Source: Chiloscyllium plagiosum (lineage: Eukaryota). Taken from it: DNA of 54,320 nt. The stretch lies in contig NC_057720.1 in the NCBI RefSeq assembly GCF_004010195.1, positions 10,842,595 to 10,896,914 on the forward strand, read 5' to 3'. Under the pieces are notes generated by a model that ran no database searches, was not told the origin of the DNA, and saw nothing but the letters and a program-made list of their open reading frames with translations. The position numbers were made by a program, and so were the translations under genes. Of this stretch, positions 23,149-34,787 are shown one piece after another. Every line of letters begins with the position of its first letter. Position 1 is the stretch's first letter.

Positions 23149-23385
23149 CTGTTCCTTGATCTAAGTCATCGCCTGGAGCTGTCCATTTCAGTTGTATTGC
23201 ATCTCCAACAATTGCTGCCCGAAGATCCTTAATTTTACTTGGGGGAAACTTGTCAGGTGGAGTTCCGGGAGGAACCTGACTAACAACACATGCTCCCGCT
23301 GTTTTCACTCTATTGAAGCTTCCCAATTGTATCTGAGAATCGTTCCGGTCCACTGGAGGCTTTGGTGGGTTGGGGTGAATTTTAC
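23149..23385 (-). CDS. CLCA: CLCA gene B coding exon 13
   Basis: (G)KIHPNPPKPP...FNRVKTAGACVV...DKFPPSKIKDLRA...LKWTAPGDDLDQGT; AG/GT flanks; 237 bp. Confidence 0.95.
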
Positions 23386-24579
23386 CTGCGAAAAAAGTGA
23401 AGAAAGACATATTCAGAAAGGAGCAAAATATTTGGAAGTTGATTTTTAACATTTATCCTTCAGATGCGATTGTCACCACAAGGCCACTACTTGTTGCCCA
23501 TTCCCAATTTCCCCAGAGAAAGGGATGGCCAGCTGCCTTTTAGAACTGCCCAATCCATGTAATGTAGTTACACCCACAGAACTGTTAAGGAGGGGGTTGG
23601 TATCAATGTCAATGGGCCTTTGATGTGAACAATGACAATTTCAGTGTCATTACCAGAGCAAAATCTCAGCCAATCAGCCTGTCTGCAAGTTTAGAATAAT
23701 CTCCTGCAGCAGATTCTTATCCTTGAAGAGTCAGATCAAATGAATCCAAGGATTATCTTGTGGAAATAAGTGTATTAGATGCAAAGAATTCATTTGCTTT
23801 TATGTGGTTTCAGGATGTGATTAAATAATACATTTGTTGCACATTAATAACTTTCATTGTTTTGTAACTCAAGTGGTTTACCAGATTACTTCACAGGGCA
23901 TTGGCTACTTGCATGATGGCATTCATGAAACAGTTGATTTTTGTTTAAAATAAGAGTTCACTCATGGCTATTTTTACCATATTACTCAAAAATGACAAAT
24001 TAATTAGATGGTTTACCTTTTTATCCTGACAGTATTTTATAAAAGTACTTGGATGAGGACATGAAGTATCATCGCATTCAGGCTATGGGTCTTGTGTGGG
24101 CAAATAGGAGTGTATTGTTGAGGTTCAAGTTTTTTTTATTCATTCATTCACAGTATGTGGGTTTCATTGCCTGGGTCAGTATTTTTTGCCCATCCCTAAA
24201 TGCTCTTGAGAAGGTGCTACTGATCTGCCATTTCACACAATCATACATCGCCCTTCTTCCCATCAAGTCTGAACCAACAAAAACTACTCAAAATCTACAC
24301 GTGTCCACTTTCCACCACTTGGTCCATAATCTTGAGTGCTCAGCTGAGTAATTTAGGTTGTGAGGTGTCCTGCCTGAACCAACTCTGGCAGTGCATTCCA
24401 CACCTCCACCACCCTCTGGAGTTATCGGGTATCTCGGAGGTTGTCCAAGATAGCATTGAAATTGTCATTGGGTTTGGGATTGATGACATTTCCAATTACA
24501 AATGGGATGGTTTAGGGGCTGACTCAACCAATATCATAAGTCAATAACAAGTAGGTATCTTTGTCCATCAGTACCTTAC

Positions 24580-24747
24580 CGTTTTGTACATATCCTGGGA
24601 TGTACATGGCATGGCTTTGTTTCCTGGTTGTTAACCTTACTATTCCATCTTTTCCTTGTACAGATACTTTAATGGTGTATTTCCCATTACCAAGAAATTC
24701 AGTAAAATACCGAGAATAAACTCCATCATTTCTAACAGCATCAGCAC
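24580..24747 (-). CDS. CLCA: CLCA gene B coding exon 12 (includes the self-cleavage region)
   Basis: Translated by hand: (G)ADAVRNDGVYSRYFTEFLGNGKYTIKVSVQGKDGIVRLTTRKQSHAMYIPGYVQN(G); AG/GTAAG flanks; 168 bp; not in the ORF track. Confidence 0.93.
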
Positions 24748-24875
24748 CTAAAGATAAGAAGACAAATCAATTGTAAAGTGCAGAATCCAGTGTTAACTAA
24801 TGACAATATTTTACTTTGGTCACAATGAAATATAACCACTTGCTAACTGGCTTCTATAGCGATGGATGTATTTAC

Positions 24876-25146
24876 CTCCCCCATTGTCCAACAGCTCAAG
24901 ATTCACAGGCTGACCTCCAGCCCTCTCCACTGTGGCTGTCACTTTGGCTCCAACAACAGGCAGGAAACCTTGGCTGACCTCTGCAAAAATGATCAGTGGG
25001 TTTGGAAAAGATGTTGTGTCTTGATTGAGGTGCACGTTGACTGTGACAGGCAGAATGTTCTCATCTGCTGCCCGTGATGTTACTGTGATCGTTACAAACT
25101 GAGGCATTCCAGCTCCATTTTGTATGCTGTACATCCAGGCTCCTGA
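24876..25146 (-). CDS. CLCA: CLCA gene B coding exon 11 (intact copy)
   Basis: SGAWMYSIQN...VTSRAAD...FPNPLIIFAEVSQGFLPVVGAKVTATVE...LELLDNGG(G); AG/GT flanks; 271 bp. Confidence 0.93.
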
Positions 25147-25239
25147 CTGATGTAAAAACACCCCATTGTAATTGAAAAGAAGGAGATCAAAATTAAAGCA
25201 AAGAGAAAATTTAAACACACAGGCCAATCAGAACCGTAC

Positions 25240-25461
25240 ATGTGCCAGGCCAGGAATTGGAAGGCGAGCTGTCAACAAGACTGCGTCCATCTCAAAGTTT
25301 CCATTTCTGTAAAGCTTTCCATTAGGATCACGGATAAACATTTGTGGTGTGTCAGTCTCCCATGTTATGACAAAGAACGTGTTTTTTCCAACCGATTTAT
25401 CAATGAAAACTGTACCATTGAACCAGTCATTACTTGTAATGCTCTTTCCAGAACTTTCCAG
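25240..25461 (-). CDS. CLCA: CLCA gene B coding exon 10 (3' copy)
   Basis: LESSGKSITSNDWFNGTVFIDKSVGKNTFFVITW...ARLPIPGLAH; AG/GT flanks; 222 bp. Confidence 0.9.
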
Positions 25462-25557
25462 CTGCAAGAAATCAAAACAGTCACTTTAAAACACCAACAT
25501 ACCTGTTATCAGAAAGCAGCAAAAAATTCAAAGTCATTCTCTGAAGGATAGTCAAAC

Positions 25558-25664
25558 CTGGATTGACTGTTGACTCATGTTCCCATTTCCTGATACTAAT
25601 CCAGTGAAAGCATCAACTAACCCATTTTCATCCAATTTATCAGTAGCTGCATACTGCAGGCCTC
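25558..25664 (-). CDS. CLCA: CLCA gene B coding exon 9 (3' copy)
   Basis: (G)GLQYAATDKLDENGLVDAFTGLVSGNGNMSQQSIQ; AG/GT flanks; 107 bp. Confidence 0.9.
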
Positions 25665-26263
25665 CTAAAGATTGAATATGAGAAATAATAAAATCAATGT
25701 AGTGCTCACAACTAATCGGGAAAAAAAGCTCTGCACAAATTTAAACCACAAAACCGAATCATGAAACAGATGATAATCAGAATTAAAAGTAAAACTAACC
25801 GCTGACGAAATTATTTGGGGTGATACTATGTCTTAGATTATTGGGTGATGTGAATGGGCAAGGTAGATTGATGGGTAAATAAATAGGAAGGGTTTAGATG
25901 GATATTGGCCAAACACTGGCAAATGGGACTAGATTAATATAGGATATCTGGTCAGCATACACAAATTGGGCTGAAGGGTCTGCTTCCATGCTATACAACT
26001 CTGTGATTCGATAACTCAGGAGATATGGGTCCAGTTGACCATTCACTGAGATCATAGCTAATCATCTCCCTGAATGACACACGTCCCTTCACTTTCCTCA
26101 GTGAAAGTCTCCAGGAATCTATTGGTTTTCATCTTGAAGATGCTCAATGATTGAGCTCACACAGCCCTCTGGAGTAGCGAATTTTCAAGTGTCATTGACC
26201 TTTCACAGGAAAAGTCTTCTTCATCTCAGTCTTAAGTGCTCCATCCTAAACATAAGATGATGC

Positions 26264-26504
26264 CAGGCTGACCAATAGCCCTCTCTACTGTGGCTGTCAC
26301 TTTGGCTCCAACAACAGGCAGGAAGCCTTGGCTGACTTCTGCAAAAATGATCAGTGGGTTTGGAAAAGATGTTGTGTCTTGATTGAGGTGCACATTGACT
26401 GTGACAGGCGGAATGTTCTCATCTGCTGGCCGTAATGTTACTGTTATCGTTACAAACTGAGGCATTCCAGCTCCATTTTGTATGCTGTACAGCCAGGCTC
26501 CTGA
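26264..26504 (-). pseudogene. CLCA: Truncated duplicate of CLCA exon 11 (native donor missing)
   Basis: SGAWLYSIQN...VTATVERAIGQP, then intron-derived GIILCLGWST* (TAA at 26234-26232). Confidence 0.8.
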
Positions 26505-26597
26505 CTGATGTAAAAACACCCCATTGTAATTGAAAAGAAGGAGATCAAAATTAAAGCAAAGAGAAAATTTAAACACACAGGCCAATCAGAACCGTAC

Positions 26598-26819
26598 ATG
26601 TGCCAGGCCAGGAATTGGAAGACGAGCTGTCAACAAGACTGCGTCCATCTCAAAGTTTCCATTTCTGTAAAGCTTTCCATTGGGATCACGGATAAACATT
26701 TGTGGTGTGTCAGTCTCCCATGTTATTACAAAGAATGTGTTTTTTCCAACCGATTTATCAATGAAAACTGTACCATTGAACCAGTCATTACTTGTAATGC
26801 TCTTTCCAGAACTTTCCAG
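26598..26819 (-). CDS. CLCA: Duplicate CLCA exon 10 (5' copy)
   Basis: Same protein sequence as 25240-25461; splice sites intact. Confidence 0.75.
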
Positions 26820-26915
26820 CTGCAAGAAATCAAAACAGTCTCTTTAAAACACCAACATACCTGTTATCAGAAAGCAGCAAAAAATTCAAAGTCATTCTCT
26901 AAAGGATAGTCAAAC

Positions 26916-27022
26916 CTGGATTGACTGTTGACTCATGTTCCCATTTCCTGATACTAATCCAGTAAAAGCATCAACTAACCCATTTTCATCCAATTTATCA
27001 GTAGCTGCATACTGCAGGCCTC
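26916..27022 (-). CDS. CLCA: Duplicate CLCA exon 9 (5' copy)
   Basis: Same protein sequence as 25558-25664; splice sites intact. Confidence 0.75.
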
Positions 27023-27216
27023 CTAAAGATTGAACATGAGAAATAATAAAATCAATGTAGTGCTTACAACTAATTGGGAAAAAAAGCTCTGCACAAATTT
27101 AAACCACAAAACCTAATCATGAAACAGATGATAATCAGAATTAAAAGTAAAACCAACCGCTGATGAAATTATTTGGGGTGATACTATGTCTTAGATTATT
27201 GGGTGATGTGAATGGG

Positions 27217-27306
27217 GATGGAAATGTGTTGCTGGAAAAGCACAGCAGGTCAGGCAGCATCTAGGGAACAGGAGAATCGATGTTTCGGGCATTAGCCCTT
27301 CTTCAG
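27217..27306 (-). mobile_element. 90-bp Penelope-derived insertion with 12-bp TSD and hammerhead-like core
   Basis: gatgtgaatggg at 27205-27216 and 27307-27318; empty in the other duplicate (~25847-25858); minus strand reads cCTGAAGAagggctaatgcccGAAAcatcg. Confidence 0.85.
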
Positions 27307-27499
27307 GATGTGAATGGGCAAGGTAGATTGATGGGTAAATAAATAGGAAGGGTTTAGATGGATATTGGCCAAATACTGGCAAATGGGATTAGATTAATAT
27401 AGGATATCTGGTCAGCATACACGAATTGGGCTGAAGGGTCTGCTTCCATGCTATACAACTCTATGATTCGATAACTCAGGAGATATGGGTCCAGTTGAC

Positions 27500-29603
27500 C
27501 ATTCACTGAGATCATAGCTAATCATCTCCCTGAATGACACATGTCCCTTCACTTTCCTCAGTGAAAGTCTCCAGGAATCTATTGGTTTTCATCTTGAAGA
27601 TGCTCAATGATTGAGCTCACACAGCCCTCTGGAGTAGCGAATTTTCAAGTGTCATTGACCTTTCACAGGAAAAGTCTTCTTCATCTCAGTCTTAAGTGGT
27701 CCATCCTAAACATAAGATAATGTCACCTGGTTTTAAACTTCCCAGCCGGAGAAACCCACTGTTTCCAAACACACTGCCGCTGCAAAATGTTTGCAAGTTG
27801 TAATCAGGTCACCCCTTGTGAAACTTGAGGGAAAACAGACCCAGTATACTCAATTTCTACTCATAAGATAACCACACCATCCCAAGGATTAACCCAGTGA
27901 ACATCCGTTAATTATGTTGTCATCACAGCAAATATATCCCTGCTTGGTGAAAAGTAACAAAACTTTGCCAAGACTCTGTATAGCTTCAATAAAACATCTT
28001 TATTTCTGCATTCAAATCCCCTTATCATGAAGGCCAACACACTACTGCCTTCCTAATTACTTGCTATACCTGTGTGCTAACTTCAAATGATTCGTCAAAA
28101 GGGACACACAGGTCCCTTTGACACCACACGACCCAACTTCTCACTGTTTAGGAAATATTCTGTCTTCCTGCTTTTCCTCTACTGAGGTGAGTAGCTAATG
28201 AAGGAGCAGTGCTCTGAAAGCTAGTGCTTCCAAATAAACCTGTTGGACTATAACCTGGTGTTGTGTGATTTTTAACTTTGTCCACACCAGTCCAACACTG
28301 GCTCCTCCACATCATGGTGACACATTTATTAATAAAGCACCCCAACTGCATTGGATAACAGTCTGTACAAATCCTCTTGCGGCCTCTTTGAATTTGAGTC
28401 ATAGACATACAGCACAGAAACAGACCCCTCGGTCTAACCTGTCCATGCTGACCAGATATCCTAAATTAATCAAGGCCTCTTCGCCAGCATTTGGCCCATA
28501 CCCCTCAAAACTCTTCCTATGCATTAACCCATCCAGGTGTCTTTTAATTGTGCAATTGTAACAGCCTCAACCACTTCTTCTGGAAGCTCATTCCATATAC
28601 ACACCAACCTCTGAGTGAAAAAGTTGCCCCTTTGGTCCCTTTTAAATCTTTCCCAGCTCACCTTAAAACTATGCCATCTAGTTTTGAAATCCCCTGCCGT
28701 GGAGAAAAGACCTTAGCTCTTCACCCTATCCATGCCTGTCATGATTTTATCAACTTCTATAAGGTCACCCCTCAGCCTCTGATGCTCGAGGGAAAATAGC
28801 CCCAAGCCTATTCAGCCTCTTCCTTTAGCTCAAACCCTCCAATCCCTTCACAACAGCCTTTCCTAAAGCACGGAGAGCAGAACTGCATGGGGAATTGCAA
28901 AAGTGTCCTAACCAATGTCCTGTACAAATGCAACATGACCTGCCAATGCACTCAATGCACTCACCAATAAAGGCAAACATACCAAATGTTTTCTTTACCA
29001 TCTTCTCTACCTGTGACTCCACTTTCAAGGAACTATGAACCTGCGCTCCAAGTTCTCTTTGTTCAGCAACACTCCTCAGGACCTTACCATTAAGTGTATA
29101 AGTTCTTTCCAAAATGCAGCAACTCACATTTATCTAAATTAAACTTCATCTGCCACTCCTTGGCCCATTGGTTCATCTCTGAAGTAGCCACCTTCACTGT
29201 CCACTACACCTCCAAGTTTAGAGTCATCTGCAAACTTACTAACTATCCCTCTTGTGTTGACATCTAAGTAATTTATAGAAATTGAGTTATAAAGCCATAC
29301 AGCTCGGAAACAGACCTTTGGTCCAACTAGTCCATGCCAAACATAATCCAAAGGAAACTAGTCCCACCTGCCTGCTCCCCACCTTTTCTATTTATGTATC
29401 CATCCAAATGTCTTTTAAACGTTCTAATTCTCCCTGGATCCACCACCTCCTCAGGAAGTTCATTCCAAATGCAAACCACCCACTGTGTAAAAAATCTGTC
29501 TCTCATGTCTTTTTTGAAATCTCTCTCCTCTCACCTTAAAAATGTGCCCCCTCGTCTAAAATTCCCCATCATAGGGAAAGACAACTACCATTAACTCTAT
29601 CTA
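27500..29603 (-). mobile_element. Stacked CR1-type LINE fragments, with a hammerhead-type insert at ~28185-28315
   Basis: KFADDSKLGGVVDSE, LGAQVHSSLKVESQV and several LINE 3' tails. Confidence 0.75.
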
Positions 29604-29923
29604 TAGATTTAGATTTAGATTTAGATTACTTACAGTGTGGAAACAGGCCCTTCGGCCCAACAAGTCCACACCGCCCCGCCGAAGCGCAACCCACCCATAC
29701 CCCTACATTTACCCCTTACCTAACACTACGGGAAATTTAGCATGGCCAATTCACCTGACCTGCACATCTTTGGACTGTGGGAGGAAACCGGAGCACCCGG
29801 AGGAAACCCACGCAGACACGGGGAGAACGTGCAAACTCCACACAGTCAGTCGCCTATGGCGGGAATTGAACCCGGGTCTCCGGCGCTGTGAGGCAGCTGT
29901 GCTAACCACTGGGCCACCGTGCT
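29604..29923 (-). mobile_element. Young HE1-like V-SINE
   Basis: Highly similar to 3650-3952; (agattt)n tail on the plus strand. Confidence 0.85.
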
Positions 29924-30404
29924 TCTAAGTATTTCATAAACTTCTATCAGGTCGCCTCTCAAGCTTCTACACTCAAGTGAAACTAGCCCCAGCATATTCA
30001 GTCTCTTCCTCGTTAACCCAGTCTATGTGTAAGCTGAAATAGCCCATTATTATTACATTTCCCTCTTTACATACATCTCTAAGATCCAAATTTGCATCCT
30101 GAATTTATGAAAAGCTCTGTAGAAATGGGGTTTCTTACTATCTTTTTATTGAGGCTCAGCTTTGGACATTCTGAACAAGGTTCACACTGGACTTGAAACA
30201 TTAACTCTGTTTTTCTCTCCACAAATGTTACCAGATTTGTTGAGTTTCTCCAGCATTTTCTGTGTTTGTTTCAGAAACATTGCTGGTTTGTAAGGTCAGG
30301 TGTTGTTCACTAAATCTTAAAAGAAACTCACAGAAATATACTTTTATCTTAGTATCTGGGCACTCAAAAATACTTAATATTGCCTGTTAAACTAATCCCT
30401 GTAT

Positions 30405-31020
30405 TTCATTGAGTACAGGAGTTGGGAGGTCATGTTGCAGCTGTGCAGGACATTGGTTAGGCCACTTTTGGAATATTGCGTGCAATTCTGGTCTCCTTCC
30501 TATAGGAAGGATGTTGTGAAACTCAAAATGGTTCGGAAAAGACTTGCAAGGATGTTACCAGAGTTGGAGAATTTGAGCTATAGGGAGAAGTTGAATCGGC
30601 TAGGGCTGTTTTCCCTGGAGTGTTGGAGGCTGAGGGTTGACCTTATAGAGGTTGATAAAATCATGAGGGGCATGGACAGGATAAATAGACAAAGTCATTT
30701 CCCTGGAGTGGGGGAATCCAGAACTAGATGGTATAGGTTTAGGGTGAGAGGGGAAAGATGTAAAAGAGGCCTAACGGGCAACTTTTTCATACAGAGTGTG
30801 GTACGTGTATGGAATGAGCTGCCAGAGGAAGTGGTGGAGGCTGGTACAATTGCAGCATTTAAAAGGCATCTGGTTGGGTATATGAATAGGAAGGATTTGG
30901 AGGGGTATGGGCCAGGTGCTGGCAGGTGGGACTAGATTGGGTTGGGATATCTGGTCGGCATGGATGAATTGGACTGAACGGTCTGTTTCCGTGCTGTACA
31001 CCTCTATGACTCTATAACTC
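30405..31020 (+). mobile_element. CR1-type LINE 3' end
   Basis: ORF 30432-30935: [17 protein letters not shown]...VWNELPEEVVEAG...GPGAGRWD*; (ctatga/ctataa) tail. Confidence 0.9.
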
Positions 31021-31075
31021 TATTTGCTACTGAAGTTTAATTCTTGATCAGCAAAACATTTTAAATGTCACATGC

Positions 31076-31253
31076 CTGTCATTGATGACAACTGTTCCAG
31101 CTCTGCGGCTGCATTCGGTCCTAATGCTATCGTGTGGATAACTGCACCACTTTGTTTCACCTCCGAGAAACAACTGCTTATCCCACCATCCCCACCAGCA
31201 GTCAGCAAAACGATTTCATCACCATTTGTAGATCCGTCATCACCACCAAGTAC
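31076..31253 (-). CDS. CLCA: CLCA gene B coding exon 8 (VWA C-half), GC donor
   Basis: VLGGDDGSTNGDEIVLLTAGGDGGISSCFSEVKQSGAVIHTIALGPNAAAELEQLSSMT(G); AG acceptor; phase-1 donor CAG|GCATGT. Confidence 0.88.
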
Positions 31254-31338
31254 CTGTAAAGCCATTGTTCATTGTCAATGTGGGAAAAGTGTAATAATGA
31301 TGTGGACTGTAATGAATTATCAAATGTCTCTGACTTAC

Positions 31339-31563
31339 CTGAAAACCAGCTCGAACCCCTGCACAAATGTTTGTTCCACCACTAGCTATTTTAGGTAGAA
31401 GATTTTTCAGCTTTTTTCGTGAATCCTCACTCTCAATTACTGTCAATTCGTGAATCACAGTTGCATAACTGTGAAAACCAACTATGCCAACATATGAATG
31501 ATCTTCAATGATCTGGAGTAAAAATATCCCAGCCGCTTGCTGAAGCCTTTGAATTCGATTTCC
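31339..31563 (-). CDS. CLCA: CLCA gene B coding exon 7 (VWA N-half)
   Basis: GNRIQRLQQAAGIFLLQIIE...VGIVGF...LPKIASGGTNICAGVRAGFQ; AG/GTAAG flanks; 225 bp. Confidence 0.93.
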
Positions 31564-32742
31564 CTGCAAACACAAACAACTCATCTCAAATTCAAAACTC
31601 AGTCTCCCAAACCATTTGTCATTTTCATAATTTGTAAAAGTAAATAAAACCAAAGTACTGTGGATACTGGGGTTTTAAAATAGACCCAGAAAATGCGAAA
31701 GAAACTTAGCCGGACTGGAAGCATCGGGGGAAAGAAACAAAGTTAATCTTTCTGAGAAGAGTCATTCAAATTCAAAATTTTAACACTGCTTTTCTCTCTC
31801 CAGGTACTGCCAGGTCTGCTGAGTTTCTCCTGCGTTTTCTGTGTTCATTTCATATCATGTACACTCTGTATCAAAAGGTATAAGTAGAATAAATCTTTCA
31901 AATTAAGTTTAACAAATCTCAATCACTTGTTTTGTGAATTGTAACAAAAACAGACTTCAGTACATTATCTTGGCTGACATGCTAGTGCAATACTGAAGGA
32001 ATGCTGCAGGATTTCTGGATAAGAAATTAAATTAAGCCAACTTGCTGGGAAAGCTTTTAGAAATGATAGACCAGGATACCAGCAATTGTGACTTGGACAA
32101 GTGTGGATTAATTATGGAATGGCAGCAGGATTTATTAAATAAAATCAAAAATACTTATAATTAGAACTTTACAGCGCAGTACATACCCTTCGGCCTATGA
32201 AATTACCTTAAATAAAATAAAAGTGCTGTCTATTCCAAGGTCAGTCAAGCAGCATTTGTGAAAAGAAGGTTAACATTCAGGTTGAGACCTTAAACTCTGA
32301 TTGTCTTCTCGCACAGCCTGGCCTGGTGAATACTCACAGGATTCCCTTTGTTTCAGAATTCTAACATCTGTAGTATTCTGCTATGGCATTAATTTTTATT
32401 GGGACTTGTTCAAGGCAAATTGCACTCAACAAAACTAGCAGAGGTTTTGTTAAGGCAACAGAGGTCTGATGAGGAAAATATGCTTGATGGTAAAAATCAA
32501 AAGGTGTTTAACAAAGTGTCTCATCATTAAGTTTGCACTAAACGTTGTAACTAATTAAGTAAATATTAGCATGGATACAACATTGACTGAGTGACACAAA
32601 AGGGGCAGTAGTTGCAAACAGTTCCTCTTGCTCTGGGGAAAGCTATATATAGTGTGTATCCTATCTACTAAGAATACTGTATGTTGATCTATACTACTGA
32701 CTTATTGTTGCGGTTCTGTTCGCCGAGCTGGAAATTTTTGTT

Positions 32743-32782
32743 GCAAACGTTTCGTCCCCTGTCTAGGTGACATCCTCAGTGC
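32743..32782 (-). ncRNA. Minimal hammerhead ribozyme motif (Penelope inverted arm)
   Basis: GCA-CTGAGGA-t-GTCaCCT-agac-AGGgGAC-GAAA-CG-TT-TGC on the minus strand. Confidence 0.7.
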
Positions 32783-34205
32783 TTGGGAACCTCCTGTGAA
32801 GCGCTTCTGTGGTGTTTCCTCCGGCATTTATAGTGGCCTGTCCCTGCCGCCTCCGGTTGTCAGTTTCAGCTGTCCGCTGTACTGGCCCTATAATGGTAGT
32901 GTTGTCCCAGTCGAATTCATGTTGCTTGTCGTCTGCATGTGTGGCTACTAAGGATAGCTGGTCGTGGCGTTTCGTGGCTAGTTGATGTTCATGGATGCGG
33001 ATCGTTAGCTGTCTTCCTGTTTGTCCTATATAGTGTTTTGTGCAGTCTTTGCATGGGATTTTGTACACTATATTAGTTTTGCTCATGCTGGGTATCGGGT
33101 CCTTCGTTCTGGTGAGTTGTTGTCTGAGGGTGACTGTTGGTTTGTGTGCTGCTATAAATCCTAGTGGTCGCAGTAGTCTAAACTGCAGTAATGGAATCTA
33201 ATCTAAACAGGACTTTGAACCCATCAACAAAGACGGCATACTTAAACTACTGGACTTGTGCCTCACAACACACTTCACATTCAACAACCAGATATACGAA
33301 CAAATCAACGGAACACCCATGGGCTCACCGATCTCTGGACTCATAGCAGAAGCAGTAATGCAAAGGTTAGAACAAACAGTCTTACCACAAATTCAACCCA
33401 AAGTCTGGGTCAGATATGTTGATGACACCTTTGTAATCATTAAAAACACAGAAATAGAGAAAACACACCAGATCATCAACGCCACACTCACAGGAATCCG
33501 ATTCATGAGAGAAGAAGAAAAGGACAACCAACTCCCATTCCTCGACGCGATGGTACAGAGAACACCGAACGGAGAATTCACCACAAAGGTATACAGGAAA
33601 GCCACACACACAGACCAAGTCCTGAACTATGAAAGCAACCACCCCAACACACACAAACGAAGTTGCATCAAGACACTATTCAAAAGGGCCACAACACACT
33701 GCAGCACACCAGAATTGCAAAAAGAGGAAGAGGAACACTTCCACAACGTATTCGCCAAAAACGTATATCCGCGCAATTTCATCAACAGATGCCTAAGAGA
33801 AAGACAACGGAACGAGGACATGCCGCAACCCAAAGGACTAGCCATATTACCATACATCAGGAGCATTTCAGAACTGACAGCCAGACTACTGCGACCACTA
33901 GGACTTATAACAGCACACAAACCAAGAGCCACCCTCAGACAACAACTCACCAGAACGAAGGACCCGATACCCAGCATGAGCAAAACCCAACACTACCATT
34001 ATAGGGCAAGCCAAACAAAGAACAGCCAGGGAATTCCTAGAAGCATGGCACTCATCCACAAACTCCATCAACAAACACATCAACCTGGACCCAATATACC
34101 GGCCACTACAGAGGACAGCTGAAACTGACAACCGGAAGCGGCAGGGACAGGCCACTATAAATGTCGGAGTAAACACCACAGAAGCGCTTCACAGGAGGCT
34201 CCCAA

Positions 34206-34245
34206 GCACTGAGGATGTCACCTAGAGAGGGGACGAAACGTTTGC
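34206..34245 (+). ncRNA. Minimal hammerhead ribozyme motif (Penelope 3' end)
   Basis: GCA-CTGAGGA-t-GTCaCCT-agag-AGGgGAC-GAAA-CG-TT-TGC: stem I GCA/TGC, stem II, and palindromic AAACGTTT in place of helix III. Confidence 0.7.
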
Positions 34246-34787
34246 AACAAAAATTTCCAGCTCGGCGAACAGAACCATAACAACGAGCACCCAAGCTACA
34301 AATCGTCTCACAAACTTTGAACTACTGACTTATACTTAGTTTTACAATTTGAAAATTTTCAATGACATAAAACTTGGAAGTATAGTGAACTGTGGGGAGG
34401 ATACTAATAGACATCAAGAGGATAAACAAAAAAACAAAAGAACTGTGGTTGCTGGAAATCAGAAACAAAAACAGAACTTGGTGGAAAATCTCAGCAGGTC
34501 TAGCATCATGTCGAGAGAAACCAGAGACTGAAACCAAAATAGAACCCAAAAGGTTAAACAATTTCTCTCCATAGACACTGCCAGACCTGCTGAGATTTTC
34601 CAGCAATTTCTGTTTTAGATCAAGAAGACATATTCCATTTGCTAATTGTATGTTCATTCTGTACATTAATTAATGTCATCCTGTGTTTCATCTCAGTCCT
34701 CTTCTAGATTAGCCACATATCCCAAGTAAGATATTATCTGTACATTTTGAAATTGTGTTTTTAATTCCTGAGTTTGTGTCATTAATG

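Larger units (their letters stand above)
8995..23842. repeat. Segmental duplication unit, paralogous to 35290-49530
   Basis: Colinear similarity from CLCA intron 1/exon 1 through the promoter, B30.2 exon and intergenic repeats to the last two exons of the upstream CLCA; offset ~26.3 kb at exon 1. Confidence 0.95.
24906..27723. repeat. Intragenic tandem duplication: 24906-26263 (1358 bp) and 26264-27723 (1460 bp)
   Basis: Constant offset of 1358, then 1460 after a 102-bp insertion; junction at ~26263/26264. Confidence 0.95.
32706..34320 (+). mobile_element. Penelope-like retroelement (RT plus GIY-YIG), 5'-truncated, with an inverted 3' copy at 32706-33180
   Basis: RT ORF 33256-34122 with GTPMGSPIS, WVRYVDDTF and LPFLD; minus-strand NIVYKIPCKDCTKHYIGQTGR (GIY-YIG); 13-bp TSD actactgacttat at 32693-32705 and 34321-34333. 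Confidence 0.92.

Noticed and set aside
23192..26909. Plus-strand ORFs overlapping CLCA exons (e.g. 23192-23449, 25240-25551, 26598-26909)
   Set aside because: Antisense shadows of the real minus-strand exons.
30160..34620. Older hammerhead-family remnants at ~30160-30275, ~31650-31850, ~32200-32380 and ~34425-34620
   Set aside because: Related flanks and weak palindromes are visible, but the cores are too degenerate to call ribozymes.
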